Shown: positions 22,027 through 33,334 of the stretch, piece by piece
Position numbering within the stretch: the first letter of the stretch is position 1
Layout: the number at the start of each line of letters is the position of its first letter
DNA from: Convolutriloba macropyga
Lineage: Eukaryota
Length of the DNA: 64,000 nt
Assembly (NCBI RefSeq): GCF_964194025.1
Contig: NC_134479.1
Location: 21,576,001-21,640,000 of the forward strand
Direction of reading: 5' to 3'
Position numbers and translations under genes: made by a program
The notes under the pieces: model-generated
The model's input: only the letters and a program-made list of their open reading frames with translations
What the model was told of the DNA's origin: nothing
Databases searched by the model: none

Positions 22027-22833
22027 ATGGATAAACGCGGTATATATTTTTTCTTATTATTATAATTGGAATTTGTTATTTATTATATGATTCAATACCA
22101 AGTAAATATACAAAACTAGAAGAAAGCTTTGGCGGATTTATGAATAGGAGTCTAGTTAGATTTGAATATGAAAAGTCACCATTACATACTATTGTTTATG
22201 GTGGAACTGGCACAGGGAAAACATATTTTATTAGACAATACTTAAAATTATACTCAGTCCAAGACCAAGACGAAAACCAAAACCGGGAACAAAACCAAAA
22301 CCAAGACAAAAACCAAAACCGGGACCAAAAACAAAACCAAGACCCAAACCAAAACCAAGACCAAGCAAAAATATAGTTATAGTGTGTAAAGATGACAGAG
22401 ACTGGATAGATGTAGCAATGGGAGCAAGCACAATGTTGAGTAGAGTAAATACATTAGTTAACGTTGGATATGGAGAAGGTTTGGATAATGATCTGCGAAG
22501 CAGTTTGGTAAACCACGAACAAAAATCGTTGGAGAACCACGAGCAAAGCTCGTTGGTAAACCACGATTAAAGTTCGTTCACTAATCTACGAAATGCAATA
22601 CAAAAAGAATATATAAACGACGAGGATGGGACTTTAAATAGAAAGGGAGGAAAGTTTTTAACCGGACTATATGGAAATAATGAAGAATTTAGAGAAGAGA
22701 TTATAAATTTTGTTAGAGATAAAAAAGAATTAGATTGATTTTGGATAAGAGATGTAAAACTAATACACTCAATACGTTAGGAAATAAATATTTAGCAGAG
22801 TGTATCACATATAAAGATAACACTAAAGATTTA
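22027..22833 (+). pseudogene. Second P-loop NTPase-like gene with a hydrophobic N-terminus and a Q/N/D repeat, decayed
   Basis: LHTIVYGGTGTGKTYFIRQYL, then a (QDQNQN)n tract and IVIVCKD; several stops and frameshifts; 3' end approximate. Confidence 0.6.
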
Positions 22834-22927
22834 ATTGAAATCATGGTTAAATTTTACCCGGCGAAGCGGTTCCACTGATGGACAAAGTCCTTTGATTAGG
22901 TAAATATTAAAGTTTACCCTACTATAA

Positions 22928-23707
22928 ATGCTTTTAAAATGTTTAGAGTGTAACTATAAAGATGGAAGAATTGCTGTTTTAAAAGAACATTATGAATCAT
23001 GTCATAAAGATAAAACTGATAAATGTATGTGTGGTAATATAATACTAAGTGGTATTTGTGCTAATAATTTTTCTCCATGGGGTTGTTCTTTAAAAAATAA
23101 ATCTAGTTCTAGTTCTAGTTCTAGCTCTGGCTCTAGCTCTAGCTCTAGCTCTAGTTCTGGTTCTAGTTCTAGCTCTGGTTCTGGTTCTAGTTCTAGCTCT
23201 AGTTCTAGTTCTGGTTCTGGTTCTGGTTCTAGTTCTGGTTCTATCTATGACTCTAACTCTAACTCAGATCCTAACCTTAACCCTAACCTTAACCCTAACC
23301 TTAACCCTAACCTTAACTTTAACCCAGAAGTCATAATTAGAAGTTGTAATAAATGTAATTATGTAAAACCACTAACTGATTTTGATGAGAGTAAGTATAC
23401 ATGTAGAAGTTGTACTTCAGCTAAAGTTAATTGTCCCTATTGTACTTCTGTTGTGAGATATGATGGGATACGGGTTCATGTAAAGAAACAACATCCAGAT
23501 GTAGAATTAACTAGAGGATTTAGTAGAATTTTAACTGAGAAAACAATTAATCCTAGAGCTGTAAGTCCTTTAGTTATTGTCCAAACAGAGGAAAGTTGTT
23601 CATGTAAATACTATAATTTTGCATCATTTCTTATTAATAATGGAATAAATATAGAAAAATTAAAAGAAAATATAAATTTATTGAAGAGTATAGATAATTT
23701 GAAATAA
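22928..23707 (+). CDS. Multi-zinc-finger protein with Ser/Gly and NPNL linkers
   Basis: CLEC..H...CH, CNKC..KPLTDF..CRSC, CPYC..HVKKQH; TATAAATG start; intact. Confidence 0.75.
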   Translation: MLLKCLECNYKDGRIAVLKEHYESCHKDKTDKCMCGNIILSGICANNFSPWGCSLKNKSSSSSSSSSGSSSSSSSSSGSSSSSGSGSSSSSSSSSGSGSGSSSGSIYDSNSNSDPNLNPNLNPNLNPNLNFNPEVIIRSCNKCNYVKPLTDFDESKYTCRSCTSAKVNCPYCTSVVRYDGIRVHVKKQHPDVELTRGFSRILTEKTINPRAVSPLVIVQTEESCSCKYYNFASFLINNGINIEKLKENINLLKSIDNLK

Positions 23708-23835
23708 AAAGTATAAAAAAATAAAAAAAAATATCAAAAAAGAGGGAATCGCTCTTTAAGAGCGAAAAAGAGCGATCTTTCTACTAGGGGATCACACCGA
23801 ATAAGAGTGAATCGCTCTTAAAGAGTGATTCGCAA

Positions 23836-23995
23836 AATATTAGCAAATTTAGTTAATTTAGTCAAAAAAATGATTGATTTTTATTTGTGCGGAAAAATGG
23901 AAATATAGTGGAAAAAACAAAGGGAAATAGAGTAGTGTGTATATGTTGACTGTAGCTCGGCTCTAAGTTGAGGAGGTCACCATATACACGTTACT
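23836..23995 (-). repeat. Right terminal inverted repeat of the Maverick
   Basis: Inverted match to 9261-9420, followed by TSD CCTATA. Confidence 0.95.
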
Positions 23996-24034
23996 CCTAT
24001 AAAACAACCATCAACGTTCATTTTGCTGTTTTAG

Positions 24035-24501
24035 GTGGGAATTCGGTTGCCGAAGCTGTTTATTCCGAAACCCCGATGCTCGTGTTTCCAGGTTTTGCGG
24101 ATCAACCAGCAAACGCCGACCATTTAGTCAGAGAGAAAATGGCTTTGCCTTTAGTCGAACTAACACAGCCAGAAATATCTTCAAAATTGGCACAAATATT
24201 GTCACCTGAAATTTATTCTGATTGTAAAATGCGACTGAAAAAGAGCAAAGAACTCATGACGTCATTGGGAGGATATGACAAAGCGGCAGATGTTGTTGAA
24301 CAAGTTGCAAGTGGTGAAATAAAAGTTATTGATGCACCAAAACTTCTAAATATGGAACAAGTTTACAATCGCCAGTTGGTTTATTACCTGACCATTTTTA
24401 TACTTATGTTCTCTGTGTTTATATGGATGGTTTACGCGAGTTGTCGAAAGATTTGTTGCACTTCGAAGAAAAAAGTAAAGAAGGAGATTAAGCAAGAATG
24501 A
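24035..24501 (+). CDS. UGT copy A, exon 2 (spliced protein 527 aa)
   Basis: Acceptor TTTTAG|G; splicing restores HAGGNSVAEAV..PMLVFPGFADQ; C-terminal TM helix and Lys-rich tail; 1117+467 bp = 528 codons. Confidence 0.93.
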
Positions 24502-27500
24502 ATGAAATGCCAGATTGAGAATTCGGTAGTTGGTGGCGAAAATAGGCAATGACACAGAAATATTATAACTTTAACTGCCATCGCAGCAAAGATCTTCTAT
24601 ATTCCTTAAACTTTTTTAGAGCACTGAACAGAGTTGTCATTATGCTCATACTGCTATATCTTATAAGAACAGTTTCCATTACCCACCAATACTACATGGG
24701 TGTTTAATCAATATATTTCACACATTTATATTGTAGAGGTACACAGAACTTATAATGGAAACTGTCACCTCTTATTAAGATATATGAGTCATTATCAGGG
24801 AAAAAATTTTTATTTCCTCCCACATGCAGAGGAATGAACTCCTTGTTTCGATTGGAAAAAATTATTCCTACTTTCGCCTGGACAAAAAATAGAAACAACT
24901 TACCAGATAAAGTCGTGTTCTTTTCTCAGGCCCTATCGTACTGACTACCAATCATATCAATTACAAGATTTTGTTTTTCAATTTGTTGCCGTATGGGTGA
25001 ACCTGTTAGAAAATTTAGTGAACTGACATTAAACTTTTTGTTTGTATTAAAACACCGTACCCCCTGTGTGCGGTCAAAAATGGCCTGCGTCGTAAACTAG
25101 GACCAACACAAACCTCGACCTGGGTTTAGCATTTTGAAGAAAAATTATCCCAGATCAGGACAAAATAACCGAAAAAAGTATCTTCATGCATCTTAAACGC
25201 ATTTCTGAGAAGTAGAACAAAAATAAGAGAGGAGAATTGATCCAAAAGAGTATAAGTTCGCCAGAAAGTCAAACTGCAGCAACTTTTGCATTGAGAAGGG
25301 CAAAACATAATTGTTCGAGTTAGGCTGATAGTAAAGCCACACAATACCAAAATTGGTTACAAGTTAGCAACCACCAACAATTTGTTTTGACAGCCCGAAA
25401 TGATTTTTGATTTAAAAAAATTCTGCTCAATTTGCTCAAATTTTTTGATAAGAAAGAATTTTAACATCACTAACACGTTTACTCATGTTGTTGTGATCTG
25501 TCATTTATGATTTGTTGGGAAAAATTTTTCTGGGAAATTAATTTAATGATATTTTTTAACCACAATTTCAGTTTTGGATATTATTTGACTTCAGTCGGTT
25601 GTTCAATAAATTAGAAAACTTGCAAGCGTTTCGGAAGCAATTTTGCAATTTAAAACATACGCATAATAAGATGCTTGCAAGTATCTTGCAAACTTTTCAA
25701 TTCACTTGAAAAAACCCTAAAAACTTTAGAATTCAATTAAAACCAATTGAAAAGTTACTTGCACGAATAATCTGACTCGCTTTTCCATTTGTATAAACGC
25801 ACTTTGGACAATTACTAATATTCAACTGATTCATTCTATAGTTTTTGAGAAAAACCTCGAACACAAAAAATGCCGCAAAATATGCGTTTAAAAAACCGTC
25901 GTAGAACAATCTGCAAAAAATTATATTTAAGATTTATATCAAGTCCAAATCAGTCTATGCTACCAATAAAACTTATCTGATGAAAATGGCAAAATGTACA
26001 TTTTCTTCAGTACAGATTCAGAGCACTCGGCCTAAGCCAATGACCAATGACACATTCAGATTACAATTGGTAGCTTATCACGAATAATTTTAGTCAACTT
26101 ATAATTAGATGGAAAGTTCACCTCAAAGTGATTAATTTGTCCGGATATTTTTACTGAGTTATTTAGATGTCATTGTCACCATTTCAATGATTTAATGGCA
26201 CACTTAGCAACTCAGGGCCACCTAACTTTCCTGTGATTTCTATAATGTACAATTTGACAAATTTGAGGGTTTAGCTTACAAATTTGGCTTTCTATTGCTT
26301 CCTGATTACACTAATGCACGCATCAGTAAATTTTATTTAAAGTTGTCAAGCAACAATCCCACTTCTCTTATATTGTAACAATTGCTCAAAATACCCCCTG
26401 ACAAATGTGTAGGCAAAATCTGATTTAAAATTCTCTCTCCTATGAGTTAGGATTATAAAACGGATCATGCTTATAACTCCAACAATTAGCTGCCTCTAAT
26501 TTGTGCCAATTTTTACATAGCAATTGAATTAGTCGAATGAGTCATATGTTTTTTTAAAATTTGAAACATGTAAATCAAACTAACTACTTGGTTAATTTTA
26601 CACATTAGAAATATACAAATCAAACATTTTTATTTTCTAATTCATAGCAAACAAAGGTTCAGATTTCTTAAAAAAAATTTTAAAAAAATGGTTAATGAAT
26701 TCTGTTACCCTTCTATCTTTTGGAACTCTTCAAGTCTTTCAGTCGTTCAAGCGTTTCTGCGGTAATTTTTTTGTTTAGAATTGGTTTTCGACAATTTTTT
26801 TCCAATTTTAATTGGAAGTTTTTTCCATTTTCGAATAAAATTACGAACATTACCATAACTCCATTTTGAACCATTACTCTATTTTGACTACACTGAGACA
26901 TTGCTCCTTTTTGATTTTCATTTCAGATCTAAAAAAAGGTTATGGTTTTGTTTTTTACAATAATCGGCACGTTTTCTAAAATTCTGAAATGTTTTTAGAG
27001 CGGTTTTTTGTTTGTGGAAGAATATTGAAAAACACATTCAATGACATTCTTGTTATTTGGAGTTATGCTGAAAGAATATTAGTCCTAGAAGTAGATCTCT
27101 GACAGTTTCATGTTTGGTTTTCAGAAAGCAAAATTTTATGCCTCAGTTAATCTGTTTGCTAATTCTGTCGATAGCGTAAGATGGTAAATTTTATTTAAAA
27201 AACGCGCTAAAGTCTAAATGAGAAAACACAAGTGATTTAAAAAGATTTATTCTTGTTGAGTAGTGACTTGTGAAACCAATGTAATTGTTATTGAGAAACA
27301 AAATTCATTATGATTTACTGCTTTCTAAGATTTCAATTTACAGTGATAGAAATTTGAAAAGAAAATTGATTGCTAAAACTAGGTATGTGCTCTGTAGTTT
27401 GAATGAATAAGGACTAATAGGCCGGCAAAGTCATATTAGAGCTTCTCATAAGAACGAAGCAGTTCATTGAGGCATAGGTTCCAGTGGGAATTGTGTTATG

Positions 27501-28479
27501 ATATTTTTACCTGCTTTCTTTCAATCTAGGCACCCGTGTTGAAGTCCCAAAGAATTCCATCGATGGATCATTGTAATTGCAGAGGAATCCATTGATAATT
27601 GAATGTCCCTTTACCATTTAACACTGGGCATTGAAAATTTAAACAGTCTTTCATGAAGTTGCAATGATTTCACCTGGTTCATAAAAGTTGTCAGCGAGGG
27701 CTACTGGGTTTCTATTGAATTTGGTCCCCCATACTGATATCGAGGGAAGCGTTTGCTGTAAGCGACCGAATGATTTTGCCACCTCTTTTGACATGAGCAC
27801 CAAGTACTCGGCGGCAATCTGCCCTGTCGTCTACAATAATGAATTGCTCAACTCTATCCTAGTTTTACGTCGGAGAATATGACCCTTCGAAATTTTATCG
27901 GGCTTTGATTGCACTCTTAAGATTTGCGGAATTTTGTCCAGGAGAGGCCTGGCAGTCATTTCGACTTGTCGTTTGTCCGGATGAAAACATTACGTCCCAT
28001 TTCTTGATGAACTTAATCGATATACCGCGAACTCAGATATTGGACTTTGGCTGCATATTGCACTTAAGTTACCCACTTCAGTTGAGTGACTGAGATCACG
28101 CATCACCAGACTCTTCGAGGGTTACTTTGGTAACCGAGTTTTCTCAGGGCGGCTTTATTTTATTTTGATTCTACGACTACCCCTATTACTATCTTTACTG
28201 CTCTGCAAAGTTTGCGAATTGACCAGCTCATACGCATTGTTTGTCTGAACAAATTAGTCAGAGTGGTTTGTACCTATGGCCTCCTCATCTGTAGCAGGTA
28301 GTTTGTTCTGGCTTTAAAGGGTTCTCGAGGTTTGGTGATTTGGCACTTCGTTTCCTCTTTGTGAAAAATTTGTTATATTAAAAGAAATTGTGTTTACAAG
28401 TTGAATGGGGTTTCTGTTTAACAATGAAGTCTTCAAATTTGCTGAATTTCTTCATTGTGGATGTACCCGGTTTTGTAAA

Positions 28480-29575
28480 ACTATGTAAGATAGCCGGTAA
28501 CTAGCGTTGGCAAGAGAGAAAATCCACAGCAGTTTCTTTTTTTTTGCTGAATGCGTTGAGTTTAAAGACATAAATTGATCGCAGTCACCGCAAAAATACG
28601 TAAGAAGATTGCGGTTTAAGAGCTTGTCAACGGTAGGTGGCACTTACCCTGCCTAATTTAGCATTTATAAGCGAAGATCTTATTTATTTTTGCATTTCTA
28701 TTATGTTCTCATTTTTCAAGGCTTTTAACTCTGTTGTTGAGACTCCAACAACTGACCTCATGTATGCTTTCGGCTCTTGTATCACAAGTACTTCAGCTGT
28801 CTTAAGAACTCCATTCTCAAAAAATCGCATAATTAAGATATACTCTACGAAACAGCCTAATCATTTAAGATTTACACTTATAAACACTGAATTTTAATAT
28901 GATCTGCGTTTAGAAACGTAAAATTCGGTTAGATCTACGCCTAGAAAAGCAAGATTATGCACGACAAACACTTGAATTTTTTGAAAAAATGATTTAAAAT
29001 CTAAACAAAGAAACGCGCAATTATGTAAGATCTACGCATTGAAATGCAAAATTAAATAAGATCTACGCTTATAAACGCAAAATTAGGTAAGATAAAAGGT
29101 AACTAGCGTTGACAAGTTCTTGCACTGCAATGTTCTTACATATTTTTATGGTGGCTGCAATCAATTTATTTCTTTAAAATCAATGCTTCACTGCAAAATT
29201 ATGTAAAAAATTTTGCTGATTTCTCTAACTTGCCAATGCCAGTTATCGTTTAGTTTACATAATTTTGTGTTGATGAGCGTAGATCTTACATAATTTTGTG
29301 TTTCTAAGCTTTATCTTGCTTCTTCTTGCATAGATTGGCGTTTAAGCACTGTTTCTGCATAACTTTGCTTTTCTAAGCCTAGATCTCACATAATTTTGTT
29401 TTCTTAAAGCGAAGACCTTTATTAGTTTTGCGTTTGTAGGCGTAGATTTTACAAAGTTTTGCTTTCTATCTAAGTTTTCGCTGCTCTCTTGTTCTTTCCG
29501 GAATTCTACCTCTCTTTTTGGGACTCAAACCACTGACCTCTTGCATGCATTTTGTCTCTTGAAATCATGTATACG
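28480..29575. repeat. Foldback-like minisatellite element
   Basis: ~37-bp AAAATTATGTAAGATCTACGC units forward at ~28860-29090 and inverted at ~29250-29460; diverged direct repeats at ~28738 and ~29519. Confidence 0.6.
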
Positions 29576-32500
29576 AGACCGTTGCAACAATGACAGCTAA
29601 TGTTTCGTAATCAACTTTTGGTCATTTTATCAATTTTTCCGTCCGTCTTTTTCCAACTATTTAAATTTAAAAAAATGTTTTCGCGGTGGATTTGGTTCAA
29701 TTTAATATTATAAAATTGATAATATTTTGTTTTGCACAAAAGCTACACTTTCCGTTTCTAAATGCTTTTGTTTTTGTCCATTGATTTTCTCCGCTGAAAA
29801 ACATGTTCAATCATTTGTGCCATTTATTTTGGCTTCGGTAAATTTTCTTTTTTGCTATTTTTTGTAATTTTATTATAAGGTACGTTTTATATCTTGAGTG
29901 GGGCAAACTACTACACTCAGTACCTCCGACTAAATTCTTTTGCTTCCATGTTCCGTTATAGAGTTTTAGATAAATTTTCTCCCCGTCACATCATATTCAA
30001 CATGGCAACACCTGCTTGAACCATTTTCAGAGCGCCAGTTCCGTTCAGGTTACAGTTAAACAGAGAAATTAAATTTAGGATTTTCTGCTAATCAGTTTAA
30101 GTCTTGTGAACACTGATCTGCTATTGTTTGTTTAAAAAGGCAATCTTCGAGGCAGTTGGTTACAATTTTTGTTAAATATAGTATTTCAACAATTTTTTTC
30201 TCATTATTGAATTTTTTGTGTTGTATTACATTAAGCGTTGTGCTACACATTTGTGTTGTATTACACACTTTTTGAGGATGGCCTGTTAAACCAAATTTTT
30301 CAATAATATTTGATGACTAGAAAACTTTTTACGAACAGATTTGTTTATCCTTAAGTAAATAAAACGTTAAATGCACTAAGTTTTGTTTTCTTATGACTTC
30401 ACAAGGGTGCCTGTACAATTTTGGTTAATTTGAAAAAAACTCACTCTTTTCATTGTGTTGACAAACATTTTCCCAGAAGTAGCCACGTTTTTGAAAAATA
30501 ATTATTGAAATAAGTTTATTTGGCAAATGTCTACAATGTGTGTTCTCTTTTGGAGAATAGTTTACAAGTCTATTACCATTTGAAAATAAAATTCTACTAA
30601 ATAGACGCTGTCTACTTGTTATCGAGTTTAATTCAACAGATGGAGCGCCATTTTATCTCAGATTCAAACATCAACTTTTCGACTTCTCTAAATATTCTAT
30701 TAAAAAAGAATTTAAATCCTGCCTGTCTGTCTGTTGAAACTCTTTCGTGCCGTTTAATCATGTGAACGTTTACTATTCGTTCCAATTCTATTGCTTTTCT
30801 ACTAAAGCAATTACATATTCCTCCAGCAACATTATTAAATTGAAAAAATAATTCATTGAACTTTTACAGACAACTAAGGCAATGGGGGATGTCGAAACTT
30901 TTGATTAAATCAGCAGAGCAATTACAAATTTGACATAAAAGAAAATCGGATTAACGGTATTACAGAAACAAAAACTTAGAAAATGGGTATCAGACCAAGG
31001 TTTTAAATAAATTTCAGAAAAAGGAACAACGTACCTTGTAATTTCGGATAAACAACCAAAAGTTCAATATTAAAAAACGACCAGTAGAAAATTAATAAAC
31101 AACCAGCAGAATTCTTCAGGCCCTACTTTTACCTATATTGAGATCCAACCAAATTTTCAAAATATCAAATAAACTATTACAATCTTAGATGTTTGATGCA
31201 GCAGTCAATTTACGAAAAAACATCTAAGTTTTTAGCCATCTGGTTCTATTTACTTAAAGTCCTTCAAGTTTGTCTAAAAAAAGATTCAACATGGAACTTC
31301 TTCGACGTTAAAAGGAAAAGCTGGGATTTCTGTCAAGTTAAGTTTTTAACATCCGAGCTCTTAAGAATTGTCTCCTTACCAATGGAGGCACAGAAATGTT
31401 ATACAAGGTGGCCTGTCTTTGAGTATGGCGTATTAATTTTTTCACATTTCGGATTCTAATTTGCAAATTTTAACAGATAAGCTTCTTCCTGAGGTGAACA
31501 AGAGAAAAGTATAACTATTGCAACATTTCTATATGCTGTAATTTACCGGGAAAAACCGGCTGATAAAAAAGTGTTCAGAAATAAGCTGTTAATAGCCGTG
31601 AAATTATTCATCACGAAAATTTAAATTTCGGCAATCGCTAAAAGTGTAAAATGTAATAAAATAAATAATACGAACTTTCTATCATTGAGACACTAAATTA
31701 TGACAATGGGATTTATGCAGAGAATACTGCCAAATGGCAGAGATTAGATATATTTTTTTCTCAATTTTGCAAATTATTTCAGAATGGAACCCTTAGAGTT
31801 TCATCACGCATTTTTGTATAGTTTTTAGTTAATAATAATTAGTTAACCAAATGTATAGAATGATATCAAAAGCAAATCAATACGATGTATAAATTTGCTC
31901 TCTAAATTGATATTTACTATAATTTTACTTGACTTGCAAGGTTTTAAGAGCCATTTTTTGAGGAACACATTTTTATTAACGTTCAAACTATTAACTTTTA
32001 ACTGCAAGAATTTGCAGGAAATCTGAAATTTAACCATTTGATATGAAAACAAGTTGCTGCAAAAAACCGTCGTCATAAAAATTCTGCAAAAATAATACAA
32101 ATCAACCCTTCTTTCCACGAACCCGTGCAAGTCCATTCGTTAACTATCCAAGCTAGTCACGGCCATTTGTCGATGATAGTCTTTTTTTCTTTTCACAGCC
32201 AACAAAAGAAAATTTTTATTTTTTGCGCTGTTTTTAAGAACACCTATATTTTCAATATTTCAATCTTTTTCCAACCAGACAAATAATTAAATAAAAACAA
32301 CTTTTATATGGAAGCAAAATTTGGGTACCATTTTTCAATAAGTTGTGTTGGGAATTACATAACGTCTGTACATTGAAACTTATAACCCCCCCCCCCCCCC
32401 CGCAAGTTCCAAAATAAATGAGTATTCTCAGAAGATTTTGCTGAAAAAAGGAGATTAATTTTCCTATGAACATAAAATTCAGAATCAGTACATCATAAAG

Positions 32501-33334
32501 ATGCAATTCCTATGAATACATTGGTGTTGTGCATAAAACGAGTTTTTGCAACAAACTATAAAATGCTTCTCGTTATAACATAATCTTTGCATAAACACAA
32601 ATTCTAGACTGCTTAGTCATTTGGTAAAATATGAATTTTGTGCGCCGTGTACAAAAAGTTTTGCGTTTGTATTCGTTATTTGTACTTTCGTAATTCTTGG
32701 ATTTTGAGAACTGTGCTTACATTCATGGCTTTTAAATTAACGATCTGCCTCGCTGGTACGCAAATTGATTCAGTGATAAAATTTACTTGCGCCAAATGCT
32801 ATCAACAAACTTAATATTCTTGGATTGCATGTTTGTTTATCAACAGAATCTACATTTTTTGCATCATATATCATCATTTAGAAAACCATCAGCGGCCGTT
32901 GTTATTCAGAACTCAAATTCAGACGGCAATTATGAGGCGCAATATTTATAATAAAACGTTTAACTTTAGCAGATCGAAATATGAACTTCAAACAGTAAGC
33001 ACAAAGTCCCTTCTCAAACACAAGGCCTCGGAAAAGTAGAACGAGTTTTAACCAAATTTGCGTGTTTAAACGAACGCTGCTACTTAATTAAGCACAAGTT
33101 CAAATTTGAGTTTCTATAATCATTGCCTTGGAAATTTCTCAATATTGTTTGCTGTGAAAAACATAGGTATTGCGTCTATAAATGTCACTTTTGCTTTATT
33201 GTTGCTTAGCTTGCTAGTACTCAAACAATTTTTGAGTGCAATGTTTGAAGGCTTTACAATTTTAGTACAATTTATACTTTTAATTTGTACGTTTTGTTTT
33301 CAAAAAGCAGTACATCAATGAACATTCACAAAAC

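Larger units (their letters stand above)
9261..23995. mobile_element. Maverick/Polinton (adintovirus-like endogenous DNA virus), full length 14,735 bp, partly decayed
   Basis: AGTA...TACT termini, 160-bp TIRs, 6-bp TSD CCTATA (9255-9260 and 23996-24001), and pPolB, integrase, MCP, penton, protease and ATPase genes. Confidence 0.97.

Noticed and set aside
22491-22600. 24-bp repeats as a CRISPR-like array
   Set aside because: Direct tandem units with no unique spacers, no cas genes, eukaryotic context
9261-23995. Stop-codon reassignment or programmed frameshifting to explain the broken viral ORFs
   Set aside because: Lesions include TAA, TAG and TGA plus indels, a Walker A K>E change and loss of motif B, and the TIRs have diverged; neutral decay is simpler
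23968-24034. N-terminus of the 177-aa ORF starting inside the TIR (apparent virus-UGT fusion)
   Set aside because: TTG start and chance open frame upstream of the true acceptor at 24034
27420-28400. GC-richer stretch with short ORFs
   Set aside because: No diagnostic motif; cannot assign
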